From the NCBI GenBank assembly GCA_031835245.2, contig JAVKOQ020000008.1, forward strand, positions 124,001 through 188,000: DNA of 64,000 bases, written 5' to 3'. The translations under genes and the position numbers were made by a program. The stretch comes from Balamuthia mandrillaris. Its lineage: Eukaryota. The notes beneath the pieces are model-generated. The model saw only the letters and a list, made by a program, of their open reading frames with translations, was not told the origin of the DNA and made no database searches. Shown here in pieces: positions 18,355-31,561 of the stretch (position 1 is the stretch's first letter; the number at the start of each line of letters is the position of its first letter).

Positions 18355-20138
18355 TCACTGTCCCATGCCACGTTGTTGCCAAGGAGGCAACGCGGAAGGC
18401 TGTTGCTGGTGGGGAGGCAAAGGAAGACCGCCGCCGCCGCCATAATGCGGTGGAGGAGGGTAAGCGGGAGGATAGCCCGCGAGAGACGGAGGGGGTGGAT
18501 AGTGCGGCGGTGGTGCACCATAGCCACCGTGGGGAGCAAGAGGGGGTGGAGGAGGATAGCCCATGGGATTGGTTGTGGCGGGGGGAGGGTAAGGTGGCGG
18601 CTGTTGAGGGACGGCCCAAGGAGCAGGGGCTGGTGCAGAGGGCTTAGAAGAGCTGTCGTTGCTTCCAGAGGAACCTGTTTAGAATGGATTTGTTAGGTAA
18701 GAAAACAAAGAAAAGAGAGGAAAAGAGAGGGAGAGAGAGAGAGAGAGAAGGAACGGATCAGCAGCTAATACATTAAAACCATCACTCTTAAGTTCAGAGG
18801 ACATGGGTTAAAATTGGTTTTTCTTCTTCTCCGTTCCTTCAAAGTTGAGAAAAAACGTAGAAGAGAGAGAGAGAGAGAGAGTAGAAAGGAGAAATAGAAA
18901 AACAAATGCGTACCCTGTCCAATAGAAGCCATAAACTCCGCATAAGTAGCTTCCGGATCTTCTGCATCACCCGCCGATGCGGAACCACCGGAAGGTGGAG
19001 CCTCTCCAATGGCGCTAAGGAAGGAATCGTACTCCATGTCCAACTTGCTCTTCGCTCCTGGCTGGCTTCGCATCGGACAGTCAGAGGTAGGATGACTGGG
19101 CTCTCCACAAAACTCGCAGACGACCTCCCTAAAGTTGCGTCGCGCGCCACCTTCGGCACCCGCGTTGCCTCGCCAGTTATTTTCACGAAGGGTGCCGTTA
19201 TAGTCTGCCAACTTCCGCAGCTGCAGCTGCTTGTGCTCGTTCTCGGCGTCATCGATGGGTACGAGGAGCTTCTCGATCAGCTTGCGAGCAATTTCGAGTT
19301 GCTTGTCGTTGTCTGCCGTGATGAGGACGTGCAGGTCCTCGTCGTCACCGGGGTTATTCTTGCCGGCCTGACCTTCCTTCTGTGAGCCCTTGCCTCGAAT
19401 GGAGATCTTGGCGCCGCTCTTCTTCTCCATTTGCTTGTGCGTATCTCCTCTGGGGCCAATGATCAGGCCTATAAAGTTATAGTCGGGGTACTTGTCAACA
19501 GGAACGTGGATCTTCATGGTCTTCTTTAGGGAGATGGGCTTATAGTCGGAGGGCGGCTTGAAGTTGGGGTTCACCGCCATGGCAGCGTTAATGAGGTTTT
19601 GCCTCTCCAGCGCCAGCTTCTCCTTGGTGCGCTGCTCCCTGGTGTTGACACGCTTGCCCATGGCGTCGTAGCGCGGCGGCGGGGAGGGGGAGCGCCGCAC
19701 AGAGTCGTCGTCCAAGCCCAGCTGCCCGGTGGTGAGGCGGTGCGTGATCTCTTCGATGCGGGCGCGCACCAGGAGGGCGTCCATGGCCTCTTTGGGTAGG
19801 TTGGAGGGCAGCAAGTGAGGAATTCCCGGGATCAGCGACTTGGAGCCCGGTCGGTCCCACCGGCTGCGTCTCTCCTCACTGCTGCTGTTGTTGTAGTAAT
19901 CGCCGTTGCTGAAACCATGGCTGTGGTGGTTGTTGTTGTTGTTGTGGTGGCTGAAACTGTGACGGCTGCTAAAGCTGCTGTTTGAGGAGGTGGAAGAGGA
20001 GGAAGAGGAGATGGTGGCGGCTTGCTGTTGGAAGGAAGGGGGAAGGCTGGCACGGCTAAACTCGGTCTTGGCGCCTGGCGGCAGCGGTTTGTTGGCCAGT
20101 TCCTTCAGCCTTTGTTGCAAAGGGGTGGGAGCGGCCAT
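18355..20138 (-). CDS. SF1: Splicing factor 1 / branchpoint-binding protein (KH-QUA2, zinc knuckle, Pro-rich tail), 2 exons
   Basis: RRSRW ULM; RSPSPPPRYDAMGKRVNTRE; YNFIGLIIGPRG; KISIRGKGS; CEFCGEPSHPTSDC; intron about 18676-18913. Confidence 0.95.
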
Positions 20139-20804
20139 CCTTTTCTTTGTATTCTTTTTTTTGATTTAAAAAAATATCTTCTACCACAAAACTCCCAGGA
20201 AGAATTAAATCAATCACTCACGCAATCAATCAATCACCACACTACTTCACTCGAGCGAGAGAGGGAAGGATGCTTGGTTGGGGAAAAAAAAAAAAAAAAA
20301 TAAAGTAGTGAAAATCGACACACACACACAAAAAAAAAACCGTGCGATAGAGGTAGTGAGCGTGCGAGTGACTTTCGTCGAAAAGAAAAATAATAATAAA
20401 ACAAAACTGTTTTTTTTTTTTCTCCCCGAATTTATATTTTCAGAGCGAATTTCTGGGCCGTTTTCTGGGCAAATAAAGTTCCACGATTTTTCTTGTCGAC
20501 ACAATATGACATCAGCATGTAGATCGATCTGCATTAGGTCGACAGATGAAAAGAATCATGTCGACACAGTGGAACCAAAAAAAAAAAAGAGAGAGAAGAA
20601 AGGAAGGTTATAGCGAAGGATAGATGCTACGTCGTCGTGGTTGAAAGCACTACCCTCGAGCCTGCTTTTTTTTTTTATTCTTTTGTTTAAACAAACAAAA
20701 AGAGGGGATACAAAAAAGCCAACCAACCCTACGCTTTCTTCTGCTTTTTTTTTAAAAAAAGAGAATAATAATTATTCAAAATAGAGGAAGGAGGTGGGGA
20801 GGAG

Positions 20805-22214
20805 ATGATGGAAGAAGAGGAGCTCCAACCAGCAGCTGCAGAAGAAGAGGAAGAAACCTCCCCTCTTCTTCTCCTTCCAACCTCTGCCACCACCACCACC
20901 ACCACCACCACCACCACAACAGAACCTCCACTTCAACAACAAGCGGACGAAGAGGAGGAGGAGATTCGTGTTCTCTCCTCTCCTCCTCAAGAAGAACAAC
21001 ATGAAGTATTAGCAGCGGAGGAGGAAGAAGAGGAGGAGGCGGAGGAGGAAGAGGAGACGGAGGAGGAAGAGGAGGAGGACACGCTCCCAAGGATCAACTG
21101 CTTTGGCCACTGCTCGGTGACGCGGGTGCTCAAGACGGGCTACATCAGCCGCCGCGCCCTGGAACGCCTCAAAGACGGGACCACCCCTTATCACTACCTC
21201 TCCTCCTCGGCCTCCGGCTCTCCTCCTGCTTCCGCGTCAGCTGCTGCTGCTGGGGGCAGAGCCGAGGCGGAGCAGCAGCAGCAGGAGCAGCAGGGGATGA
21301 TAGCGGCGGCCAAGGAGCCGACCTCCCTCCTGGCCAGGGCGTTGCTCCTCAACTACGCCCTCAACTGGGGGCTCAAGCAGTTTTGCCCGCGTTGGCTCTC
21401 GTACCGATTATTTCCTCTCCCTCCTTCCTCCACTCTTTCTTTCTTGTCGTTTCTTTCTTTCTGTCTTTCTTGTCGTTTCTTTCATTCCTTCTAACCTTCT
21501 TCCTCCCCAAACAAACGTTTCCCAATAACACCAACATTCCAATATAAGAGCAAACGTGTTCTATATAGCAGGCCTCTGTTGTGCTTTATTGGCCGCAACA
21601 TTGGCGTTAGTTTTTGGGAACTCCGCTGCAGCCGATGGGCTTCATCTTCGCATGCACGCTGCAAACAACACGACAGAACCGCACCAACTCCCGTGGTGGC
21701 TCTATTTCTTGGCCGGAACGTTGTTGCTGCTGCAGAGCACGTTGAATTTGGCTGCCGTCAAGCAGGCGCTTCGTACTAGTGCAACCTCGGTTTCGCCGTT
21801 GACCGAGATCGTGGAGCATGAGTGCAATCTTCTTAGTCTTATTGTGAGTATTCAGCTGTCTCTATTTTTTCTTCTTTGCTTGAGTCAAACCGATGAATAA
21901 CCGAATGTCGTTGAAGGCGTGGACATTCTTTATGAAAGAGGCATTGGTGTTAGGAATACTATGCACGTATTTCACCTACTGTAGTTTTATGTTAGCGTAC
22001 TTTCTCGCCAATAGCAAAAGGTACCTCCTCCTATTCTCGTTCTCTCTTATATCTTTATCTTGTTTCTCGTTCTCGTTTTACTCATTGCATTTTAAAAGTT
22101 ACGTCTGGAGCCGGAGAAAGCCAATTGGAAGATGGGGTATTGGAGTAACTGAATGTCAACTCCTTTTTGTTGGGTTGATGTATCTAAGTGGATTCTTTGG
22201 TTTGTTCTCTCTCC

Positions 22215-22260
<46 letters not shown>

Positions 22261-23609
22261 GAGCAACTATTATTGACACCAAAAAAACAAGCTTGTTTCT
22301 TTGATATTGAAATATGGCGTTACCGACTCTCCAACAATCGAACTTTACCTCTTGGCTATGTTTTTGCCTACTCTCTGTGTATTCTTGCACTCTTTGCTGT
22401 CCTCGAGAGGTAAAATTGGTCGCTTCTTCCTTCTTCTTTCCCAGTCTCTCTTCTTCCTCCCCTTTCTTCGTCCTTTATTCTTCGCACTAACATTCGTTTT
22501 TTTTTTCTTCTCAGTTTACTATCAATGGGGCCCAAACTGAGTCGTCGCAAACGTTTAGTGGCCAGCTCACTCATGCAGCTAACGCCAATGGTGGCGGTAA
22601 TGGTGTTGGGCATGACTTGGGCTCTTATAGCCATTAAATTGCTTGAGAGCTTCCCACATTTGTTTCTGCTAACCCAAGGATTTCTTTTATCTTATATAAT
22701 GGTTCGTATATATCCTCTTCTTTCGGTTTCCGTTTATGTTTTCATTGTCTAATATTTTTTTTTTTGAAAGTTGCGGTTGGTTGTGCAAAGGCTGGTTCGA
22801 GGTTCCATTCGAGTGTTTTTCGTAATACTGACGCCTCTTACTGTGTGTGTTCTCAACTCTCTTCTTGTTCGCATCTACAGCCGGTGCGCTTTCGCTTTTT
22901 TTTCCTTCTCTTCTTTTTTTTTTCTCCCTTAGAAGCTCACTTTATCTATTCATTCTTTTAAAGTGAAATTCAAACAAATGAAGTCACATTTTTGAGCATA
23001 AGCACTATAATGAGCGGAACTTTCTTCTTTCTTCTTTGCTTCTGTCTCTTACGGCAACTCAGCAAGTCTTTCCAACAACGCATATTGACAGTTCCCACCT
23101 CATCTGCGACTCACGTTCTTTCTTCCTCATCAACATCATCCGACACAGCGACAGAACCCTTGCTTGCTGCCGACCAAAGAAGAATGGAGGAAGGAAGAGG
23201 TGGGAGAAGACGAAGACGAAGAAGAGGCAGAGGAGCCGGTGGAAGAACAGAAAGGGACACAGAAGGAAGAGGAGGCGCAGCGGACGAGGAAGAAACAGAA
23301 TCGTTTGCAATGGAGCCGTTACCTTCTTCTTCTGCTCTTGGTGCTGATGTTGTGGAACACGAAGTAGATAAGGATAAGGATGACGAGCGCGAAAAGCAAG
23401 AAGAAGAAGAACGAGAACAAGAAGAACAAGAACAAGAAGAAGAAGAAGCAAACAATGAAGCTAACGAAGAGGAACTAGTAACCGAAAGTTCTTGTCCAGG
23501 CGAGGAAGAAGAAAAAGAGAAAGAGAAAGAGAAAGGAAAAGAGAAAGGAAAAGAGAAGGAGAAAAGAGAGAGACAGAGAGGGCAAAAAAACATGTATATT
23601 AAAAAATAA
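20805..23609 (+). CDS. Divergent choline/ethanolamine-phosphotransferase-like (CDP-alcohol phosphotransferase) membrane protein; probable pseudoenzyme
   Basis: GYISRRALERLK..YHY, CPRWLS|NVF and QSTLNLAAVKQALRTSATSVSPLTEIVEHECN align with CEPT/AAPT; multiple TM exons; acidic termini. Confidence 0.7.
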
Positions 23610-23928
23610 ATCAGACAATCGAATGTACATCAAAAAAAAAAAAAGATAAAAAAAGAAAAATAAATAAATTTATTATATACGTTTTTCCAAATTTCTGGGT
23701 TTGTTCATATTTTCTCACATAAAACACAAGTGGGAAAAAAATTATTTTGGAAAAACGTGAAAGTGCTGGGTATTAAATATATTATTTAATTAAAAATATT
23801 ATATTATTTATTATACCGGTAATAATAATAAAAAAAGAAAAAAAAAAGAAAAAGAAAATAAATTATTCGCCCCTCGACATTTCATTTCTTCTCTCTCTCC
23901 CCTCTCCTCTCCTCTCTCCTCTCTGCAT

Positions 23929-26308
23929 TCACAAGCTGACATCCTCGTCGAGGATGGTGTTCTCGTCGTCTCGCATGGTGATGGTCATCTTCTCGGACGT
24001 GGCGGTGGTCTTGTTGGGCTTCTTGTTCGTGCTGGTGTTGCTCTCGGAGGGGTTGAAGGCCGAGGAGAAGTGACCGCGAGCAAGGGCCGGGAAGAAGGCC
24101 CTCCAGAAGTTGAACACCGGCTCGGAGATGCAGAAGGTGAGGAACAAGCAGAAGCCCAGGACGGAGTAGGCGAAGCCACGCAGCACAGCCAGGGGGTAGT
24201 TGTGAGCTTCGGAGCTGAGGTGGCAATCGTCCTCGAAGGACAGGCAGGCCAGATAGTCGCCGTAGCTCTCCTCCACTTTGGCTTGATTGGCGGAGAGGTC
24301 GAGCGTGTAGGCAAAGATGAAGCAGTAGAGGATGAGATAGAGGAGGATGAAGATGAGAAGGCGATAGTAAGTCACAAAGGCCCGTTGGATCTGGGCGGCG
24401 TGAATGGCGGCACGGAGGATCTGGACGATGCTTCCCATGAACATGGCGAGACCGACCAGCAGCACGATGCCAACAGGCAAAGCCCAGAAGACGATGAACC
24501 ACACATTGTCATCCTCTGGCGAAATGGAGCAGCTGCGATATCAAACAGGGTAAGCAAGAATGAACGAAGCAGAGAAGGAAAAGATAACGCAGGGTAAAAA
24601 GAGCGAACATACAAAGTATCTCCAGGCTGAAAAGCCATCTTTTCGGCAGCTGCCGGGATGAGAATGAGGATGAAAGGCACAACCCATCCCACCACGTGTA
24701 ACAACACCTGTAATCCAGTCTTAAAGCCAGCACTCTTAGGAAGCCTTTCATGGAAGTAAATCTTCACGAGACAGGATCCACAATGTAAGTACAGAGAGGA
24801 GGTGGAGGAAGGGAAGAAGGGAGGAGAGAGAGAGAGAGAAGTGGGCACGACGTACTGTAATAAACATGTTGAAGGCAATGTTGCCCCACCACATAGTGGT
24901 GGAAAGGAAGCCGAACTGGAGGAGAAAGCCTTGGAAAGTACATATGCTGGACTTGGAAAGCAGCTGGTCAAACTCAAAGTCAACCGTGATCTGCAGACCC
25001 AATACCCAGGTTGGGGACAAGAACTCCCCATCAGGGCCACACCACACATCCTCGTGGTCAACGAAGCTCGGGAATACGATACCCCAAGCTGCTATATGGG
25101 CCGCAATAGAGGCCATCATAATAAGATTGGCTGGGAAGGCTCTCAGACCAGGATGAAAAGCATACGAGATAATGACAAGAGCGCTACCGACCTAGTTGTT
25201 TCAGGAAGTTATTGGGGTAGTGGAAAGGAAGCAAGAAACAAAGAAGAAGGGAAAAATACCAGAGACAGCCAGCCAAACACTGTTTGGACGATTTTCACCG
25301 CATCATACTCTTTATCGCTATACGAAGGCAACGGGCATGCGAAGCCACAGCGAATGGGATTGTCAGGATCCTGCACGAGAGGGGGTTGACAGACTAACGC
25401 CACATAGTCCCTGAAGGTGGGGCCATTGCAGCTGGTGTTTGCCGCGATGCGCAACCAGTCCTCGGTTATGTCCTCGGGGACGGTATCATTGCTGGCCAGC
25501 GCGAAGGCGTCGTAGGTGGGGACTTGGAACATGGAATCGTTGAACATGAGAATGTCTCTTTCTGTGCAGGTGATGGGAGCCTCGAAACCCGGAGGGAAGT
25601 ACAGTCCCATTCCAGGTATTCTTCCAGCAGCCACAAGTTTTGGTGCACATTCACTCACTGTTTTTATTGTTCGGTGTTTTAGATGACCCCAAAAAAGAGA
25701 GGGAATAGAAAATAAAGGAACGAACCGTATTTGTTGCAAACCACTTCGCATGGTTGTTGTGGGATAGGCTTCCACATGGTGCCTGTAGATCAACAAAAAT
25801 AACACGCCATTTTAAAATTGAGCCCACACAACTCGTCACAGGGAATGAAACAAAAGATCAAAAGCGCTCCGGGAGTGCAAACCATCGGTGGTGCAGGGCC
25901 GGAGGTGCGTGCTGCAGGCCATGTTGGCGTAGTAGGTGGCGCAGTCCAGACCGATCAGAGGTCCGGCGGTACCGGCCGTATTGATGACCGTAGTGGCTTT
26001 TGTTTGTTGTTCCTCCAGGGTGCTTCCATGCGGAACGAAGATATGCGTTGTTCCGGCTGGTTTTATTGTTATTTTTAAGAATAAAAGACACAAGAAAGAG
26101 TATGAGCATGATGGGAGGGGTGATGGAAAAAGAAAGAAACAAGAAAGAAGCGGTACAAACACAAATATTCCTTAAATTGAGTGCAATGAGTGGGCACGCC
26201 GTTCCACAGTTGACAGGTGCCGTTGAGGGCAGACACGGTGGAACAACCGGAGGAAAGAAGAAGAATAAGAGCCGTGCATAGTGCGGTGGAGAAACGATAG
26301 TGATACAT
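23929..26308 (-). CDS. Frizzled/Smoothened-like 7TM receptor (Fsl-type)
   Basis: Signal peptide; Cys-rich domain (CATYYANMACSTHLRPC); CGFACPLPSYSDKEY linker; TM helices with CTFQGFLLQFG, HVVGWVVP and FWALPV. Confidence 0.85.
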
Positions 26309-26926
26309 GCTGGCGATTGTTAGTTTTGTTTGTGTTTTGCTAAGAGAGGAGCCTTTGCGTAGATTCACAAGAAAAGAAGGAAGGAAGGCATTGCCTTCAC
26401 TTACCTCACTAATGCAACCATCAGGTTCACCACAACGCTTCCCTAAACTCGAGTAGGTTGTCGAAGTTAGCTCATAAAAGGGAACGGTTAACGGTTTTCA
26501 TCCGCATGGGCCGGTTGGCGTCAATCGTTGACCCGCTTCTCGGAATGAATCTGCGAGCAACAATCAAACCTACTTTTGGGGGTGTGAGTAAAACGCTGAG
26601 TTTAGCTTTTTAGGGACAGAAAGCAGAGGAACAGCCAATGCGATCCTCGGTGAACTCAATTAATCATGAAATTGTGTGCATGAGGAGGTATGGACCAATC
26701 CGCTTGGGTGCGGATCTACCATATGAATTGATCATTATGTAATCGTCCATCTTTTCAGCAAACACAACCACAAGATGTGCCCCGCAACAACAGCGGTTTC
26801 ACCGAGTAACCTTCCTTGGTAACATTGGCTTGCTGTGTGGTGTAACGGACCACATAAAAACGCATTTTTTTTTCATTTTTTCTTTCCTCTCCGCAACAAC
26901 TTACTCAACACACTACACTTACCAAC

Positions 26927-28311
26927 ATGAGCAGAAAGCTGTGCTTCTTCGGGCTGCTTGTGGTCTTATGCTTGGTGGGGCGAACCTCCGCCAATGCTAT
27001 CCTCTTCTGGAATGATGAGCTGCTCCGCGCCGCGGAATTGGACGCCGTCCCCTTCTACCTGACCTTCCGTCAGATGGCCGTCTTCCACAACGGCCTCTAC
27101 AACACCCTCACTGAGTTGGACTGCTGGAAGCCATGGCACGACCACTTCCTCTCCGACTGCACCGAGAGCAAGGTCAACCACAGCTTGGCCTACGCCGCCG
27201 TTCTCCTGCTCAAGCACATCCACCCTCGCCAGGCCCTGCGAGCTGAGATGGTAGGCCGCCCTATCATTCGTGGCGGGGACCCCACTTTTGACTGGAAGGC
27301 CCGTCGTGCTGGAGAGAGGGGTGCAATGAAGGCCCTGGAGGACAACCATGAGGACCCTCACTTCACCTTTGTGGACTACTTCCCCTCTGGCCTGGAGGGT
27401 CGCTGGGAGCCCACTCCTCCCCCTTACCTACCCTACTTCATCGCCTCCACCGGCTACGCCTCCTTCTTCCTGTTGGACGAGTCTGCCAGGGCAGGCATTC
27501 CTCCCCCTCCCCCTCCTCCCTTGGACTCGGCGCGCTTCAAGCAGGACGTCGAGGAGATCCGAGCCATCGGTGGTCAGGACAGCACCCTCCGAACCCAGAG
27601 ACAGTCAGAGCTTTGCCACAGGTGGGGCGGGGACAGGGCCGTCACCACCTACGAGATCGCCGCTCAGGTCGTGAGGGAGGCTGGCAAGGACTTCAAGGAC
27701 ACAGCCACCATCTTCAAGCTGGTCACCAACGCTGCCTATGACGCGGTTGTGGACAACGTCTACTGGAAGCTTATCTACGACCTCATCCGTCCCATCACCG
27801 TCATTCAGGAGGGCATGCCCAACCTGCAGCCCACCATCGAGGTGGACCCCGACTGGTGGTCCTTCTCTCCCACCCCTCCCAACTCCGAGTTCCCTTGCGG
27901 CACCTGCACTTTGGGCGCCGCCTTGGCTCGCCTCTTGGAGCGCAGCCTGGAGACCGACGAGTTCCCCTTCTCTTACACTCTCCCCTCCGCCTTCGGCTAC
28001 CCGGTCACTGTGTACGTCCGCCTTCCTTCTCCTGTTGCTTTCTTCTTGTTTCTTATCATGCATTCTTGTTTGCTGATGGACATTCCCTCTCTTCTCTCTT
28101 CCTCTACAGGAACTTTACGGGCTTCTCCGATGTGGCCACCATGTATGGCGAGAACAGGGTTTGGGGTGGAGTTCACTTCAGGTACTCCATCGAGTCCGGC
28201 AGGACTCACGGCTATGACCTGGCCGATGCTGCCTTTGACAGGGCTTGCCCCAACAGGAGGTGCTTCAACGGCCCCAACAGAGAGATCAGGATTGATCCTC
28301 AGTTCCAGTAA
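26927..28311 (+). CDS. Secreted PAP2 / vanadium-haloperoxidase-like protein, 2 exons
   Basis: Signal peptide; ILFWND; WKLIYDLIRP (motif 1), TPPNSEFPCGT (motif 2 variant), NRVWGGVHFRYS (motif 3); intron about 28012-28109. Confidence 0.8.
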
Positions 28312-28957
28312 AACAACAAGCACGCCTTTCGAGAGAGAGGTCGTTCTTCTTTGCACACAAAAAGATGAAAGCATCCCTGCAACAGTTTTGTAATAGTTTT
28401 GTATCACTATCCCAAACAATTTTGTTAAAAAAAACCAAAAAAAAAAAAAAACAAACTTAAACCCAAAAAAAAAATAAACTTTAAACTGTACATGTTCCTT
28501 TTGTTTTGAGAACCCTTTTCTCCTTCTCTCTCTCTCTCGCCTCTTTCTCTGTCTCTTTCCTTTGCTTTCTCTCTTTACATGTTTCCTATAATGGGGAGGC
28601 CAAGTGATAAACGGATTATACGGTTTCAAGGCGATCTCCCCGCACGATACGAGACATACCAGGCAAAAAAACGGTTTCTTCCCTGCAAACCTCGTGCCTT
28701 TTTGTTCAACTCTCTGGTGCTCTTTCGCTTTTCAACGGGAGATATCTACTTTTTTTTTTTCTGTTCGGCCTTTTGAACAGTTTCTCTATTTGTTTGTAGA
28801 ATAACGGGGCCTGCGGTTCTCCTTCTTCTCTTCTCCTTCCTCCTTGCTTTTCGTCTCCTTTGCCCCTATTTTTTTTGTTTTTTGTGTTTTCGTTCTCTTG
28901 CAACGATATGCAAACACCAACAAGAAAAAGGACGGACTGGTTGCGGAGTTGGAAGCA

Positions 28958-29146
28958 ATGGCGGCCAAGCAACAAGGACCCGGCCTTCGGTACGACTCAC
29001 GAACCATCAACCAGGTGCATTTCGAAATGATCAAACGGTCAAACGAGAAGAACAGGTACAGCGTTACTGTGAAGAGCAATGATGAGGCGAAAGGCACGGT
29101 AAGTCACGACAGCGAATTCCTTCCCTCCCCTCCCTCCCTTCCTCCC

Positions 29147-29200
<54 letters not shown>

Positions 29201-29740
29201 ATCTCTGCATGAGCAAGCCTGCCTTTCTCTCTCCTCTTCGGGTCACTTCTTCTCTTTGTATTCTCTTCTCGCTCGCCTTCACTAACCTAATGCATTCATA
29301 TCAACAGCCTCATCGACATTTGCCCAATAACAGCAACAACTCCATTCCAAAGGAATCCTCAACAAAGGTGTCTTCTCCACACTTCGCAAGAACAAAGGAG
29401 GAGGGAATGGAGAGGATGGTGGAAGTGGAGGAGGAGCCCTGTCGGACGGAGGCGGAGGGCTGAGTCCTCTTCATTTGCCTAGTCTCGCTCAAACTGTTTC
29501 CATGTCAGGATGGCAGTACCTCAACAAGAAGACGGACGGGACTGAAAGGCAAGTTAAGGCCCAAGTGGAAGAAGAGATGGTTCAAGCTGGACGGCAGCAG
29601 AAAGTTGCGATACTACACAGAGCATGACTATGAAAAGGCAGAAGGCCTCATCGATCTCTCCCAAGCTCAGTTCAAAGTAAAAGAAGCAACGGAAGCAAAT
29701 GAAGAAAGTGAAACCACCTTTTTCTTGTATACTTTCATTT
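28958..29740 (+). pseudogene. Frameshifted PH-domain gene (pseudogene or assembly error)
   Basis: MSGWQYLNKK and TGLKGKLRPKWKKRWFKLDGSRKLRYY..AEGLIDLSQ lie in different frames, separated by a 4-bp duplication ACGG-ACGG at 29532-29539; a further frame break lies upstream. Confidence 0.55.
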
Positions 29741-29810
29741 CACCTCTCTTGTTCTCTGCTTCTCTCCTCTTTCAAATGGCAGTTGCCTCTTTGGAAAAAA
29801 AAAAGCACAC

Positions 29811-31519
29811 TCAGAAAGGTCGTTCCACAAAGACGTAGCTCGCTTCTTCCCAAGGTTGCTTTCTTCCTAACTGATCCACTGAACGAACAAAAAAGTTACT
29901 TCCTTTCGTTCTTCCACCAAAGCGAACGTTCTGCACGTAAAACGTGTTCGAAAACGAACGACCTTTCCACTCTGCCCGTCGAAGCTTTCTATCGTCGCCA
30001 TCTTCTCCCTCCTCCTCATCGCTAACAACTTGTTGAAAGATGTCGTAACATTCGGTGGAAGAATAAGAAGAAGGAAGAGACCAAGACAAGATGATGTCAC
30101 AAAGAGGCGGAGAAGAGGAAATGGAGGCAGTTGACCAACTCGTTTGTGCAGAAAGATGCTGAACAGAATGTGGGCCTCTTTGCTTCTTTTCATCGTCTTC
30201 TTCTTCTTCATCATCATCTTCTTTCCAAAGCCGCAACTCGCCAATACGAATATTGTATGTCGTATGCTTTCTTCCTTCTTCTTGCTCGTTAGAAGAAGAG
30301 AAGCAAAGAAGATCAATTGCAGTAATGCTGACAGCTGCTTTCTTTCGCTGTTCTTCTTCTAACTTTTTTTCGATTATTGGAAGAAGTTCGTTCATCGGGA
30401 TGCGGAAATAAAAAGTTTGCCATCTTTCTTCGTTTTCATCTTCTTCTCTTTCGGGTTGTGTTTCGTTGATGTGACGATAAACTATAATATTGTCACGATG
30501 ATTCGTTGTTGATTTTTGTGGTGGATAACGAGAAGAGCAGGAAGGAAAGTGAATGCTAAGCAAGAAAGGTTCATCATTGTTGTTTGGAGAATGGCCGAGT
30601 CGCAAAACGATGCTGAGCTGAGATGAATGAGCTAGCGACGAAAGGGTATAAGCCAGACACAACGTTGCCTTCTTATGCCTCGTTGTTGTGGTTGAGAGAG
30701 GAATATTAGTCCTAAAAAGCTCAAAGAGGGTATATGGAACGTCAGCGGCTGAAGAAGGGCAAGAAGAGAGCGATGGTGATGCTAAGAAGATGCCGCTAAT
30801 AGCAAAGGAAGAACCCCCTTCGTAAACGTTGTTATAGTCGTGATGGCAATGAAGATAATCGTTATGGCCACAAACTCGGTTATCATAAGGATAAGTTGGT
30901 TGAATGGATTGTTGACTCATATCGCTCCACTCTCTTTTTCGTGCCTCCTTTTTTTGTAAAATGTTTGTTTGTTAATGTTGCCTTCAAAGAAAGAAAGAAG
31001 AGAAACGAACCTGTCCAGCGATACAATAAACTTTACCTACGCCTCTACAAAAGTTAGTATAAAACGGAAGAGAAGAAGCCGATGGCTTTTCCTCACAATA
31101 ACAGCCGATGCCTTTACGCCTCCTCCTCACGCGGCGCATAGTTCTTCCTCCCAAGGCTTTCTCTCCTTCAAGAGGAAGAAATAAGGACGATAAAGGCATG
31201 TCTCTGGAGAGACAATGAAGAAGAGGAGCTTCGATGGAGAGAAATGCACCGCTTGTTCTACTACCAAAATGACCTGCCCAATGTTCTGTATCTTTTCCTC
31301 CATCCTATGTTTGCGTTTGTTTTATTAAAGGGAGAGAGAGAAAAGATAAAAAGAGAAACGAACCTCCCAATACAGATAACGGAGTTCATTGGAAGGCGAG
31401 TAGCCATAGAAGGTGTGCGTCACAAAACTCCAACCATCTGTTGTTATTATTTCCCCACTGTGCCAACTATCAATAACACCATCTGCCTCATTTCTTGGTT
31501 TTTTGTTTTTTCAGCCAAC

Positions 31520-31561
<42 letters not shown>

